Both the position numbers and the translations under genes were made by a program. 64,000 nt of DNA from Ignavibacteriota bacterium (lineage in GTDB: Bacteria; Bacteroidota; Ignavibacteria; Ignavibacteriales; Melioribacteraceae), in NCBI GenBank assembly GCA_016713565.1, contig JADJOX010000002.1, forward strand, positions 2,845-66,844. The letters are read 5' to 3'. The notes beneath the pieces are model-generated. The model saw nothing but the letters and a program-made list of their open reading frames with translations. It was not told the DNA's origin and did not search any database. Below are positions 1-12,769 of the stretch, in pieces. Positions within the stretch are counted from its first letter, which is position 1; every line of letters starts with the position of its first letter.

Positions 1-1949
1 CGACGAAAATCGAAAGAGAGAAAGTAATAGTAGATTCAAATTCTTAAAATATTTAAACTCCTAAGCTGCATTAACTAGACTTATTAAATTGAAATTCGTA
101 TTTGGATTAAGCCAGATCAATGAAAATAAGCCCAATTTAATCAATTTTAAAATCCCTTCAATAAATTTATTCTATTTATTTGCAATATATTTTTAACCCC
201 ATTTTAATTAAAATTCATTTAACTTCTTTAATTACAATAAGTTAACATTTTAACAAAAAAATAGTTCCCAAATAATTGCTTCAATTACAAATAATTATAT
301 ATTGCTCTATTAATACATTATATAATAAATTTATTAAATTTTAAATATCCATGTGACTGATATGGCGAAGCTGTAATAAAATTAAAGTAATGTTAAATAT
401 GTTAAAAACATGATTGGAAATAGATATAATTATTATTTAACTAATTTATATAAATTATTAAAGTTATTTATTTAAAATTATAAAATTTAAACATATTAAA
501 TATGTTGAGAATATCGCCACGATCGATATTTTTTTAACAGTTCCAAAATTTGAAGTACCTTCAATCATATACTTAGAATTGTAATGCCTAATACAATTTA
601 AAATACTTTTTAAATATATTATTGAAAAAGGTTTTAAATGCCAGTTGAAAGTAATTATAGCTATCAATACAATTAATTCTGGATTAACTGAGCACTTTAA
701 CCATTTAATTTGCCTTACTGAAAAGTTACTTTACATAGGTAGAACTTTTTTTCATTAGTAAATTGTTTTCTAGTAATACCTTACATTACGACTGGAATAG
801 AATACAATAATTTAACAAAATTTATTACACTTCAATAATTGTAATATTATTTCCAAACTTGGTTTGATTTCGCGATAAATAGAATAAAAGTTCAACATTT
901 ACAATTATTCGCCTTGGTTTTAATGTCGCAATTATGATTATAATAACGGTGTCAGTCAATAGGGAAGACTATAATGAATATATATATACCACCGTAATAT
1001 TTGTATATTCTTTTTCTATATATTCATAAATATTTTTATCATGAAAAACTTATTTGAAGGTAAAGTTGTAGAAATTATTTTATTATAAATTATTTATGGG
1101 ACCTATCTTAATTTCATCTTTGTTTATTTTATTGAAAAACTCAGATCTATGAATTATTTCACGTTTTCCCTATTGCCCGGATTTTATGGATGCTTTTAAT
1201 TTATTATAATAATTGGAAAGATTATAAAGGTGACGGCAGTTATACTGATATTACAAATTAAGATTTGCCGCATTTATTGTTAATGCCTCATTAGGATTTG
1301 CGTTTATCGCTGACAAATACATTCTTAACCATTATTTTAATCTTAAAATCGCCAATTCTTACTACTTTCATATCGGGGTATAACGTCGCCAGAAGCTTAT
1401 CTTGGTAATATTATGGAACATACAATCTATACGGCGAAAGATAATGAAAAAGAGAAAAATAAAGAATGCGTTTGTTTCTATGTTACGTTGGCTGTGTTAT
1501 ATAGAAGTATAGCTGCATTTTCTGTTGTTTACTATTTTCCCAAAGTACCTGAGATATCGACAATGAATTACTAAAACATACTTATCATATATTTTTAATT
1601 ATTTATGCAGTATATACGGTAATACAGTACCACTTGAATAGCATCTTATTTAATTTATTATTAATAGTGCTCAGTGTCAAATATCAAAAATTTCTCCACT
1701 AATTTTGCTTTATTCTAACCTAGTACTATATATCTTATTTCCAAGTCATAACGCTAAGACTTCTTTGCTTAATAGCATAGTAAGTACATTCTACTTTTAC
1801 ACTGTTGTCAAGTAAAAATTTTATTGTAAAAAGTATTTCTGTAAGTAAAATAATCATAGCCAATTCAAACCGGAAAAGTCTTTTAACTTTATAGTTGAAT
1901 CAAGTATTCAAATATATTTCTCTTCTATATTTAACCTATCTTTGTTTTC

Positions 1950-3130
1950 AAGAGGGTTCCTCTAGTAAATAAATTGTATTTTATTTGCCTCTTTTACTTT
2001 TACTTTATGCAATTAGCGGTTTGAAAACAGATTTACCTAAACAGGACTTAATAAAAATATTGTTATTTCGTAATAGGATTCTAATTTGGGTAACTTTAAC
2101 AGCAATTTGGTCTGAGTATCCAATATTCACACTTCAACGCGCCATTTTTTAATTACTGTTTTAGGTTCAAACTATAATAGGATCACAAATAACAAGCAAA
2201 ATTACAAAATACTTCTAAATTCATTATTGCTGATTAATTACGGTATAGTATCGGTATCTATTTTCTCACTTATTTTAAGTACTTAAATAATGCATGGACA
2301 GGCGGACATGGTTTAGGTTTATAGGTTTTACAAATCATCAGAATAATTAGGACAGTATATTTATCTTTCTGGCGCAGTTAGTTTTAATGTTAAATGAAAA
2401 AAAAAAAAAAATCGCAATGTTTTTAATTATAATAAATTTAATCATTATAGGACTTAGTACTTCTAGGCAGCAATTTTAAGTCTTTTTTATCACTTTGTCT
2501 ATTTTTTTATTTTAACCACTTCATTTGTAAAAACACTTTCTTACATTTTATTATTTGTGTTTATAATTTTTGCAACTGTATACTTTACTGCAAACTATAC
2601 TTCAAAAAATAGTGTGACATTAGTAAAAAATGAAAATTATTTTGGTGAAAGAAGGTCTTTGACAATTAAGTATTCATGGGATTCAGCTTTAAGAGGCGGA
2701 CTTTTGGCTTGGGATATGGAATTAGTGACACTAGGTTTAATGATCCTTTGCTTGGGTATTTTGATAAAACCGCTGAAGGTGAAATTTACAGAAGGGAAAA
2801 AACCATAAGCATTTTGGCTATAATTGAAGAAACTGGGATAATTGGACTAATCTTGTTTTTATATGTAATAGGAATTCCTTTGAAAATAATGTGGTTTAAA
2901 ATAATTAAAACATTTAAGGATAAAAATTTCTTAAATCTAAGTGGGTGTGAAAATACGGTAAATGACTTAGAAATTAAATTATTAAAATTTGCTTTTGCAT
3001 TTCTTAATTTCGCTGAACTTTTATGCTCAAATTGAATCATGGTGGATTGGGGTGGGTTCTGCTGTTCTCCCATTATATTTTATTTTTTCAGGATCGATTT
3101 TTATGAAATACTCAAATATTAATATTTTTA
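1950..3130 (+). pseudogene. Relic of an O-antigen ligase/polymerase-like (Wzy_C-type) multi-pass membrane protein gene, shattered over many frames; boundaries approximate
   Basis: No intact ORF. Fragments in different frames read ...LTAIWSEYPIFTLQRAIF..., ...SWDSALRGGLLAW... and ...ILAIIEETGIIGLILFLYVIGIPL..., which resemble the conserved loop/TM region of O-antigen ligase family proteins. Hydrophobic TM-like stretches occur upstream in shifting frames. Confidence 0.3.
2397..2411 (+). repeat. A15 homopolymer tract inside the ligase-like relic
   Basis: Direct reading: ...taaatg(a)15tcgcaatg... This is the longest homopolymer I noticed in the window. Confidence 0.9.
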
Positions 3131-3255
3131 TAAATAATTAAATAAATGTTAAAATAAACTGCCAAGATTACTAAATTGAGCAGCATTTTTAACTAATGCA
3201 TGCTTGCAAAGATGGGAATAAATAAAGCTTAATAAAAATATAAGTACGAAAATTT

Positions 3256-4369
3256 ATGATTATTGGTATTGATGCCCATAATATTAGAGAAATGGAGGAT
3301 CTTTAGTTTATCTAAAAGAACTACTGGCAAATGCTGATCCCAAACTAGATAAATTTGAAAAAATTATCGTCTGGGTAACAGGAAAAACTTATGAAAATTT
3401 ACCCAAGCCAATTTCATTGATTATGTAGTTTTGCCAAACAAGAATTCATTTAATGCATTAATTGGCAGAAATTAAAGTTGGAAAGGAAGCTAGGCAAAAT
3501 AAGTGTTCAATTATGTTTTCCCGGGCGGTATTTATTTAGGTAATTTTAAACCTTTTATTGCATTAGCTCAAAGTATGTTGCCATTTGACACTAAAGGTCA
3601 ATCCTTTTATAAAGGTACACTATTTTTCTATGTTCTAAAGTTAAAAAAAAAATGATGCTTCTTACTTATAAAAAAACATCGGAATAATTTACGTATCCAG
3701 TTCAATCAAAACAAAAATTGAAAAGTTTCTTAAAAAAAATAATTATACTGATACAGTAATTCATCATGGTGTAAGTAAAAACTTTCTTTCAAATGCAAGA
3801 AATGAAAACACAATAACAAAAAACAAAAGTGAGAAAATTAAATTATTGACTGTATCAAGCCATGCTTTACATAAAAATTTAGTCCCGTTAGTATTTAAAA
3901 TTTCTGAGTTAAAAAATGACTATAAAAATTTAGAATTAAAAATTGTGGGACCTGAGGCTAAATACGGAACAAAAAAACTAAAATTGATCTTAAGCAAACT
4001 GGACCCAAAAAATGAGTTTATTAAATTGGTTACCGCTGCAAAATATGAGGATTTGCAAATTATTTTAATAAAGCAGATATTTTTGTTGCTCCTTCTCTTT
4101 GCGAATCATTTGGTTGCCGTTTAAGGAAGCGTTGGTAAACAGAATACCAATACTATATCAAGAATTGGAATCTTTTAAAGAAAATATCTTCGGATTTTAA
4201 TTATCAAACATCTATTTTTTCTTATAAAGACATAAATTTAGATTTTAAAGATAAATTGATAATGTTAATTAATTATAAAATTATAGATGAAGATTATCAG
4301 ATTAATGAAAATCATTTTTGGGAATTTTGCGCAAGAAAAACATTAAAGTCTGTAACTAAAATAAGATAA
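3256..4369 (+). pseudogene. GT-B (family 1/4) glycosyltransferase, multiply frameshifted
   Basis: It starts MIIGIDAHNI.... The C-terminal half reads LELKIVGPEAKYG..., then NKADIFVAPSLCESFG, then LPFKEALVNRIPILYQELESFKE in three different frames. These are typical GT1/GT4 C-terminal motifs. Confidence 0.6.
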
Positions 4370-4431
4370 TATTAGAATAATATAATTAGATATAATATAA
4401 TAAAATATAATAAAATATAACGAGAGGGAAA

Positions 4432-5445
4432 ATGTTTGAACAAAAAACGCTGCTTATTACTGGCGGTACCGGTTCATTCGGCAACGCAGTAATGGATCGA
4501 TTTATGAATACAGGAATAGGTGAAATCAGAATTTTCAGCCGTGATGAGAAAAAACAGGATGATATGCGAAAAAAATATAACGATTCAAGATTAAAATTTT
4601 ATTTAGGAGATGTTCGTACATATAACTCTATTGAAAGGGCTTTGGAGGGGGTAGATTTTATATTCCATGCCGCGGCGTTAAAACAAGTCCCTTCAAGTGA
4701 GTTTTTCCCGATGGAAGCTGCCAATACTAACGTACTGGGAACAGAAAATGTTTTAAATGCATCAATAAAAATGGGTGTAAAAAAGGTTATTTGTCTTAGC
4801 ACAGATAAAGCTGTTTACCCGATTAACGCTATGGGTATTTCTAAAGCACTAATGGAAAAGCTTTATGTTGCCAAGTCTAGATTAACTGATAAAACAATTT
4901 TTATCGGAACTAGATATGGTAATGTAATGGCTTCCAGAGGTTCAGTAATCCCTCTATTTATTGATCAGATTAAAGCGGGAAGGCCACTAACTGTTACAAA
5001 TCCAGATATGACTAGATATATGATGTCGTTAGAAAATGCTGTTGAATTAGTTTTATTTGCATTTGAGAATGGAAATTCAGGAGATTTATTTGTTCAAAAA
5101 GCACCCGCATGTACAATAAAAGAATTAGCATTAATACTTTTAGAAATTTTTGAAGCTAAAAATGAAATCCAAATTATTGGGACAAGGCACGGAGAAAAAC
5201 TTTATGAATCATTATTAACAGATGAAGAATGTTTAGTTGCAGAAGACCTTGGCGATTATTATCGAGTTAGACCTGATGATCGAGATTTAAATTATAGTAA
5301 ATATTTTTCTGAAGGTACACACAGAAAAAGTGATTTATTAACATATAATTCTCATAATGCAAAAAGATTAAATCATACTGAATTAAAAAAAATGCTGTTA
5401 GATTTGCATTTTATTAAGGAACATTTAAATCATTTATATGAATAA
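4432..5445 (+). CDS. UDP-N-acetylglucosamine 4,6-dehydratase/5-epimerase (FnlA / Cap5E / WbjB / WbvB family)
   Basis: Intact 337-aa ORF. Near-colinear by eye with S. aureus Cap5E: LLITGGTGSFGNAVM, IRIFSRDEKKQDDMRKKY, HAAALKQVPS, CLSTDKAVYPINAMGISKA, GTRYGNVMASRGSVIPLF, GTRHGEK. Confidence 0.9.
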   Translation: MFEQKTLLITGGTGSFGNAVMDRFMNTGIGEIRIFSRDEKKQDDMRKKYNDSRLKFYLGDVRTYNSIERALEGVDFIFHAAALKQVPSSEFFPMEAANTNVLGTENVLNASIKMGVKKVICLSTDKAVYPINAMGISKALMEKLYVAKSRLTDKTIFIGTRYGNVMASRGSVIPLFIDQIKAGRPLTVTNPDMTRYMMSLENAVELVLFAFENGNSGDLFVQKAPACTIKELALILLEIFEAKNEIQIIGTRHGEKLYESLLTDEECLVAEDLGDYYRVRPDDRDLNYSKYFSEGTHRKSDLLTYNSHNAKRLNHTELKKMLLDLHFIKEHLNHLYE

Positions 5446-5472
5446 TAATAATTTATATTGGAGAATAAAATT

Positions 5473-6589
5473 ATGATAAAGGTAGCGACTATTGTTGGAA
5501 CAAGGCCAGAAATTATTAAATTGAGTCGGGTAATGGCTGAGTTAGAAAAATATACAAATCATATATTAGTTCATACTGGTCAAAATTATGATTACGAATT
5601 AAATGAAATATTTTTTGAACAATTAGAAGTTAAAAAACCGGATTATTTTTAGAAGCTGCAGGCCAAAATGCTGCGGAAACAATTGGTAAAGTTATAATAA
5701 AAATTGACCCAATATTAGAAAAAGAAAAGCCAGATGCTATTTTACTTTATGGGGATACAAATAGTTGCCTAAGTGTAATTCCGGCTAAAGAAGAAAAATA
5801 CCAATTTTCCATATGGAAGCTGGTAATAGATGTTTCGATCAAAGTTCCAGAAGAATTAAACAGAGAAAAATTGTTGACCATTTAAGTGATATCAATATGC
5901 CTCTTTCTGATCATGCCAGAAATTATTTACTAAATGAAGGGCTAAATCCAGAGACTGTTATTAAAACAGGGTCATGCATGAAAGAAGTCTTGACATATTA
6001 TTCAAAGAAAATAGAAAATACTAACATCTTAAAGGAACTTAAAATTGAAACAAATAAATATTTTATTGTAAGTATTCATCGTGAAGAAAATGTTGATTCT
6101 GAATTTAATTTTGAAGAATTATTAAAAACACTCGAGATTCTTGCTGGATTATATAATTTCCAATATTAATTTCAACACATCCAAGAACTAGAAAAAAGAT
6201 GGAGAAAATAAATTATAAAAATAAAAGCAATTTATTAAAATTTTAAAGCCTTTTGGTTTTTTCGAATATGTTAAGTTACAGGAGAATGCATTTTGCGTAA
6301 TTTCTGACAGTGGAACCATTTCTGAAGAATCGTCAATCTTAAAATTCCTGCAATAATGATTAGACAAGCCCACGAAAGACCTGAGGCTATGGATGAAGGA
6401 ACTGTAATTATGTCAGGACTTAAAGCTGAAAATGTTATTGACTCTATAAATGTTGTTGTAGATCAAAAAGACAATAAAAAGCAAATTTCTGTGGTTAGTG
6501 ATTATGATGTTAATAACGTTAGTGTAAAAGTAATTAGAATAATATTATCTTATATAGAATATGTAAATCGTGAAGTTTGGTACAAATAA
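5473..6589 (+). pseudogene. UDP-N-acetylglucosamine 2-epimerase, non-hydrolysing (FnlC / Cap5G / WbvD family), frameshifted at least 3 times (decay or sequencing error)
   Basis: Fragments 5458-5652, 5813-6169 and 6356-6589 carry IVGTRPEIIKLS, VHTGQNYDY, MEAGNRCFDQ and [28 protein letters not shown] in Cap5G order. The joins require 1-nt indels in short homopolymers. Confidence 0.8.
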
Positions 6590-6592
6590 TTT

Positions 6593-7470
6593 ATGAAAAA
6601 TATAAAAAAAATATTATTACTTGGTACAGATACAATGTTAGGTCATGTTATTTATCTTTATTTCAAGAGAATAAAAAATTATAGAATTCTTGATTATTAT
6701 CTCAATGAAAATTTTAGTGGTATTGGAAATAAAATAGATATAGCATCACCAAAAAAAATAGAGAATTTATTAAGTGGATTTAAAGAGACGATCATAATTA
6801 ATACACTAAGTATTTTAATAGAAGAGTCAAATAATAAATTTGACAAAGCTATCTATATAAATTCTTATTTACCTAATTATATTGCTACTTTACTAAAAGA
6901 TACAGATAACAAACTAATTACAATCAGCACTGATTGTGTATTTTCTGGAAAAAAGGGTGATTATTTAGAAGAATCGTTATCAGATGCAAAAGACAATTAT
7001 GGTAAAACAAAAGCATTCGGTGAAATTAACAATGCCAAGGATTTAACAATTCGTACCTCAAAATTGGCCCTTGTACTCAAAATCAATCAGAAGAATTAAT
7101 GGATTGGTTTTTGAAAACAAGAAGATTCAGTTTTTTGGTTATAAAAAATGCTTTGTGGAATGGGGTCACTACTTTAGAATTAGCGAAATCAATAAAAATA
7201 GCAATTGAAAATAATCTTACTGGATTATATAATTTGGCTCCTTTCAAAAAAATAACCAAATTTGAATTACTTTCAATATTGAATGAAGTTTTAAAAGAAG
7301 ATTAACTATAAAACCAAATTATAAGTTTAAAATTGACAAAAGTTTAGTTGATTCTAGAAAACAAATTAAAACTGAAAATAAAAATTATTTCCAGATGTTT
7401 TAAAGAACTTAAAGATTTTATGAAAGACAATAGTATTTTATATGATTTTTATAATCTTGATTTTGATTGA
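6593..7470 (+). pseudogene. RmlD-like sugar-nucleotide 4-reductase (dTDP-4-dehydrorhamnose reductase family; WbvR-like), frameshifted
   Basis: LLLGTDTMLGHV (degenerate Rossmann motif), ISTDCVFSGKKGDYLEES and DNYGKTKAFGE (YxxxK). The reading continues in other frames at 7099 and after 7305, down to a stop at 7468-7470. Confidence 0.6.
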
Positions 7471-7503
7471 TTTTACATTGTAAATACAAATTTGCGTTAG
7501 TTA

Positions 7504-8717
7504 ATGAATAAAATTAAAAAAACAATTTTATACATTGGTGGTTTTGAATTACCAGATAGAAATGCAGCAGCTCAAAGAGTAGTGGCTGTTGGAAAACTTT
7601 TCAGAGAATTAGGTTATAATGTGGTTTTTATAGGGATTGATAAATATCTTTCTGATAATTCGAAAATTGAGACAACAAAAACTAAATATTTTGGATTTGA
7701 CTCATGGGCTGTTTCTTATCCTAAAAGTTCTATAAATTGGTTGAAATATATTGGGTCTATATATGATTTGGAATTTTTAATTAAAAGGTACTATAAAAAT
7801 GATTTATTTGCTTTAGTATTTTACAATCATCCATTTTTAATTCAGTATAGGTTAAGAAAAAGTAAAAAAAGATGGGGTTTTTTACTATTTCTGATGCTAC
7901 TGAATGGTATAGTGGACGTGGCGGAGGAATAATTTTTAATTTTACAAAATGGTTAGATTCAACTTTAAGAATGCGATACGAACATAAGAAAGCTAATGGA
8001 GTAATTGCCACTAGTAAATTTTTAAATCATTATTATAAAAAAAATAAATGCAATGTTATTGAAGTCCCAACAATATTTGATAATAAAAGTTTGATGAAAA
8101 TACAAAAGACTGAAAATAATAATGATAAAAAAATTAGATTTCTTTATGCAGGCAGCCCGTTTACAATAAAAAGAATTGATAAAAAGCGTAAATCAATAAA
8201 GGATAGACTTGACAAGATTATTTCACTTTTCTATAGAATATCAAATAATCATAAAAATTTTATTTTGAATATTTACGGTATAACAAAGGAAAATTACTTG
8301 TCTGTTTATACAGAACATGAAGACATATTAAATAATTTAGCTAACAATATAATTTTTAATGGAAGAAAATGTCATGATGAAATCCTAAAAGAAATAAAAA
8401 ATCATGATTTTACAATATTTTTAAGAGAAAGTGATAGAGTAACTGAAGCAGTATTTCCAACTAAGTGATCTTAATCAATTGCATGAGGTACACGAGTTAT
8501 AACCAATAAAATGTCAAATATTGAAAATTTTTTAGAAGATGGACTTAACGGTTATTATTTAAGTATAAGTAATAAAAATGAACAAGAAATTAAAATGAAA
8601 TATATCTTATCACTTAAAAGATGAAATTTTAAAATGAGTAATAATTGTTTGGAAAGTAACATTTTTGATTATAATAACTATAAGGAAAAAATGATTGATT
8701 TTCTTGAAAAATTATAA
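7504..8717 (+). pseudogene. GT-B glycosyltransferase (family 4-like N-terminus), frameshifted
   Basis: ILYIGGFELPDRNAAAQRVVAVGKLFRELGYNVVFIG at the N-terminus. ORFs 7504-7932 and 7872-8468 overlap in different frames. A C-terminal tail (...NGYYLSI...) continues in another frame to a stop at 8715-8717. Confidence 0.6.
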
Positions 8718-8772
8718 TTATGAATAGATTTCATAACAAAATCAATTTAGAAAACTGTACTCTTATTGTATC

Positions 8773-10100
8773 ATGAATAAATTTAACTATAAACCATTAA
8801 GAATCTTTAATATATATATTTATTCAGTATTATTCCTTAGTTTTTGGGGACCTGTAAAATACATTGGGTATGACAAATTTTCAGTTTTAATTTACATATC
8901 TTTTTTTGTACTATTTTTTTCTTTTGGATATTCAAGGGGTGTTCATTCATACCTAAATGTTACCCTTAGACCAGATAATACAAGAGATTATAATAAAATA
9001 TTAAAAATTTTGAAATTTGCGATTATTCTTGCAGTATTTATGGAACTTGGGGATTTTATAAGTATGGTTTTAAGCAAGGATGCAAATTTTTCGTTATTTA
9101 GTTTAGGGGAAGCATACCAAAATGCATATCGAGGTTATATAAGAGGTCAGGCGAATTATAGTATTTGGCAAATAATTAAAATATTTCTGCAAGTTCCACT
9201 TTTAACCGTATTGATTTTAGGTCCATTCTATTTTAATATTTTAAATAAAAAAAATAAAGTACTTGTAATACTTACTTATTTTTTAATGATTTTTATTAAT
9301 ACCGTTGGTCAAGGAAGACAAAAACAATTTGGCGATATTATAATTTTTTGTCTGTTTCACTTTTTTTTAAGGAATATACAAAAAAAGATGGGGCAAAAAT
9401 TTCTTGGATTAAAAAAAATATAAAACCCATTATTATGGTGTTAGTAGGTATTGCTGAGGTTGCTATTTGTGTTAAATATGAGATATAGTGCCTTAGGTGT
9501 GACTGATCTTAATATAAATTATGCAGCAAATCCTTTAATGCAATATGATACCGACAACATTTTTTTCTCAATATTAGGCATAAATCTTGGCCTAGCAGCA
9601 AGTATTTTAACTTTTTACTTTACTAATGGTTTATTTGGTTTATCCTTTGCATTAAATCTACCATTTGTTTGGACTTTTTTGTTGGTCACTCTTATTCTTT
9701 AACAATATTTCTTGATAAAATTGTTGGTTTGCCTGTAAGTATTTCTGAAACTTACCCATATAGAGTTGGTGCAGCAACTGGGTGGGGTGAGTCAAAATGG
9801 CATTCAATATTTTCCTGGTTTGCATCTGCTTTTACTTTTGTTGGTACGTTATTTATTTTTATTCCTATAGGTTATATTTATGCAATCACTTGGCAAGAAG
9901 CAAAATATAAAAATCCTTTTTCAATTATTTTATTTTCTATTTTAACACTTGGATTAATTTTTGTGCCTGCCAATAACCAATTATTACATACTCCTGAAGG
10001 TTACTTATCAACCATTTTCTTTATTTTGATGTGGTCATTTCAACATAAACGTTACAATTTTATTTATCCAAAATGTAAATATTCTTTAATTTTTTACTAA
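8773..10100 (+). pseudogene. Wzy-like O-antigen/EPS polymerase (multi-pass membrane protein), fragmented
   Basis: Three consecutive very hydrophobic ORFs (8773-9423, 9451-9702, 9669-10100) have many TM segments and no soluble domain. The position between a glycosyltransferase and the flippase is typical for wzy. No specific motif was recognised. Confidence 0.45.
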
Positions 10101-10167
10101 TACATAGATTATTTTAAAAAATTAGAGTAATAAGATTAAGAATAAATTCAATGAGCGAAGGTTATTT

Positions 10168-11629
10168 TTGGCATTAATGTTAAATGAGCAAAAGAAAGAT
10201 ACTTTACTAAAATCAAGTTTGATTGTAGTGTTACTTACAGTAAGTGGTAAAATTATAGCCTTTGGAAAAGATATCGTAATATCAGGTGTTTTGGATCTAA
10301 TTATAAAACAGATGCATATTTCGTTGCAAATAGTGTCCCTTCACTTTTCTTTTTAGGATTTTATACTACAATTGCCTTTGTATTTTTACCATTGTATAAT
10401 GAACGAAGGCTTTCAATTGGGAAAACTGAGGCAGATAAATTTGCAAACAATGTAATTACTTTTTATGCTATTATTTCTTTATTTTTATCTATAGTTGGTG
10501 TTGTTTTGGCTCCTAAAATAATTTCTTTGATTGCACCAGCTTTTGATTTTAGAACTAAAACTTTAGCTATTAACCTTACAAGAATTGTTTGTCTATCTTT
10601 TGTTTTTAATATTATAGTTGGAATCTTTTCATCTTTACAGTATGTAAATAAAAGATATTTTGGACAACAAGTCATACACTTAATAAATAACTTAATGGTG
10701 CTTCTATCAATACTTATTTTTGCAAAAGATTTAGGTATTTATATTATAGCAATAAGTGGTGTTCTTTCTTGGGTTATACAAATTCCAATTCAGAAATATA
10801 TTTTTGTTAAAGATTTTAAATATAAAATTAATTTAAATTTTAATGATACTACTTTTAAAAAATGCAGATAATGATTTTCCTGTATTTTTAAGTATTGTTG
10901 TTGAACAACTTAACGTCATAATTGATACTTCATTAGGTTCTAGTTTAAATGAGGGTAATATCTCAGCTTTGAATTATGCAAACCGATTAATGAATTTTTC
11001 TTCAGGGATGTTTGTTTTGGTAATAAGTACAATAATGTATCCAATCTTTTCGGATCTTATTGTTAAAAAAGAAATAAGCCAATTAAAAATTGAAATAGCA
11101 AAAAACATTATTTATAAAAGGGTGAATTCAGTATTTCTAATGTGCTCTTAACTTCTGAAGTTTATATTGCCTATTCGATTTCTATGTTATTTTATGGTTT
11201 TAAAGAAATATTAAATAAAATATTTTATTCTTTTCAAGATAGTAAAAGCCCTTAATCTTGAGTGTAGTGTCAATTTTAATAAATATTGTTTTTAGTATAA
11301 TATTAGTTCAACATTTCAGGGCAGTAGGATTAGCTTTAGGAACATCTATTTCCACCTTTTTTTTATTTTACTTTACAGTACTTTTTATTAGAAAGTTAGT
11401 CAACGGCAATTTTAATAATTTTTTAAATCTTATACTTAAAGTAATAATAGGCCTAATAGTAATGTTGTTTGTTTTTTATGTTAATGATTGGTTAGCATTA
11501 ACAAATAATTACTATATTAATTTTTCTATTGGTTCGATTTCTGGATTTGGATTTTATATCTTTACATTAATTGTTCTTAAAAATGAAGAACTTACAATTA
11601 TTTTAAATAAATTAAAAATACACTTTTAA
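10168..11629 (+). pseudogene. MOP-superfamily flippase (MurJ/MviN- or Wzx-like), frameshifted at least 3 times
   Basis: Four hydrophobic fragments in three frames. The N-terminus LLKSSLIVVLLTVSGKIIAFGKDIVISG resembles the MurJ/MviN N-terminus. Total length is about 480 aa with roughly 12-14 TM segments. Confidence 0.6.
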
Positions 11630-11645
11630 TTTTTCATAAAATCAT

Positions 11646-12769
11646 ATGCATATTGTTTTTATAGTTACTGAAGACTGGTATTTTGTTTCACATAGATTAC
11701 CAATTGCAAAATTTTAATAGCAAATGGTTTTACTGTTACTTTAATTACAAAAGTTTCAAAATATAAATTATTATTAGAACAAAGCGGTTTTGAGTTAGTA
11801 AATATAAACTGGAATAGGAATGATAAAAATCCTTTTAGATTTGTAAGTAATATAATATTTATTAGAAGCGAACTAAAAAGAAACAAAATGTAATACTGCA
11901 TAATGTTGCGTTAAAACCAATAGTATTTGGTTTTTTTTCCAGTTTATTTTTATCCAAAGTCGTAATTGTAATGCAATATCTGGTTTAGGCTACCTAACAA
12001 CATCACATGGTTTGAAACAAAATCTAAAAGAGTACATTCTAAAATCTGGCTTAGGTATTTTACTAAAAAAGAAGTCTTATACAATTGTTCAAAATTCCTC
12101 AGATAATGAATTTCTTGTTGCAAATAAAATTACTAATCATGAACATATTTTTTTTATTAAAGGTGTAGGTGTTGCAGTTCAGCCGTCAAAAGAAATTTTG
12201 ATAAAAAACAATTTTAATGTTCTTTTTGCCGGTCGAATGCTTTGGTCGAAAGGAGTAAAAGAAATCATTGAAACAGCAAAACTATTTGAACTGGATGGTA
12301 ATAATTCCATTACATTTCTTTTAGCTGGAAAACCAGACGAACAAAACCCCGAAGCTATTCCGTTATCTTATCTCGAACAGTTAAAGAATAGCAAAAATAT
12401 TTTATGGCTAGATCATGTTGAGGATATGACAAAAGTTTATCAAGATACCGATATTTTTCTTTTTCCGACCAAGTATGGAGAAGGTGTACCAAAAGCACTA
12501 TTAGAAGCCGCATCATTTGGCATTCCAATAATTTGTTCTGATAATCCGGGTTGCAAAGAAGTTGTAAAAAATAATTATAATGGTATTGTATTAAAGAACT
12601 TAGGACCGCAAGAAATAAAAAACAATATTATTATGTTATGTAACGATATTGAAAAAGAAAATCTATGTCAGTAAATTCTCAGCTTCAAGTTAAAGCAGAA
12701 TTTTCAGATCATATTATTTTCGATAAAATGCTGAAACTACATAATTCAATTAGTCCCATAATTAAATGA
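11646..12769 (+). pseudogene. Family 1/4 glycosyltransferase, frameshifted in the N-terminal domain and near the C-terminus
   Basis: MHIVFIVTEDWYFVSHRLPIAK at 11646, then broken frames. ORF 12012-12674 carries FAGRMLWSKGV and LFPTKYGEGVPKALLEAASFGIPIICSDNPG (the EX7E region of GT-B enzymes). The tail continues in another frame to a TGA that overlaps the next ATG (ATGA at 12766-12769). Confidence 0.7.

Noticed and set aside
1-2550. 2.5 kb with only one listed ORF (67 aa). I considered a large non-coding RNA, a CRISPR array, a mobile-element remnant or a replication-origin-like region.
   Set aside because: I saw no spaced direct repeats, no terminal inverted repeats, no GC-rich structured segments and no DnaA-box-like clusters. 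Translating by eye gives runs of hydrophobic, membrane-protein-like sequence in shifting frames. The stretch is continuous with the ligase-like relic, so it is best explained as shattered coding sequence.
2786-3073. Minus-strand 95-aa ORF in the ligase-like relic, and minus-strand ORF 11665-11901 in the glycosyltransferase N-terminal region.
   Set aside because: Both overlap plus-strand relic sequence that carries family motifs. Their own translations are low-complexity, with no RBS or motif support.
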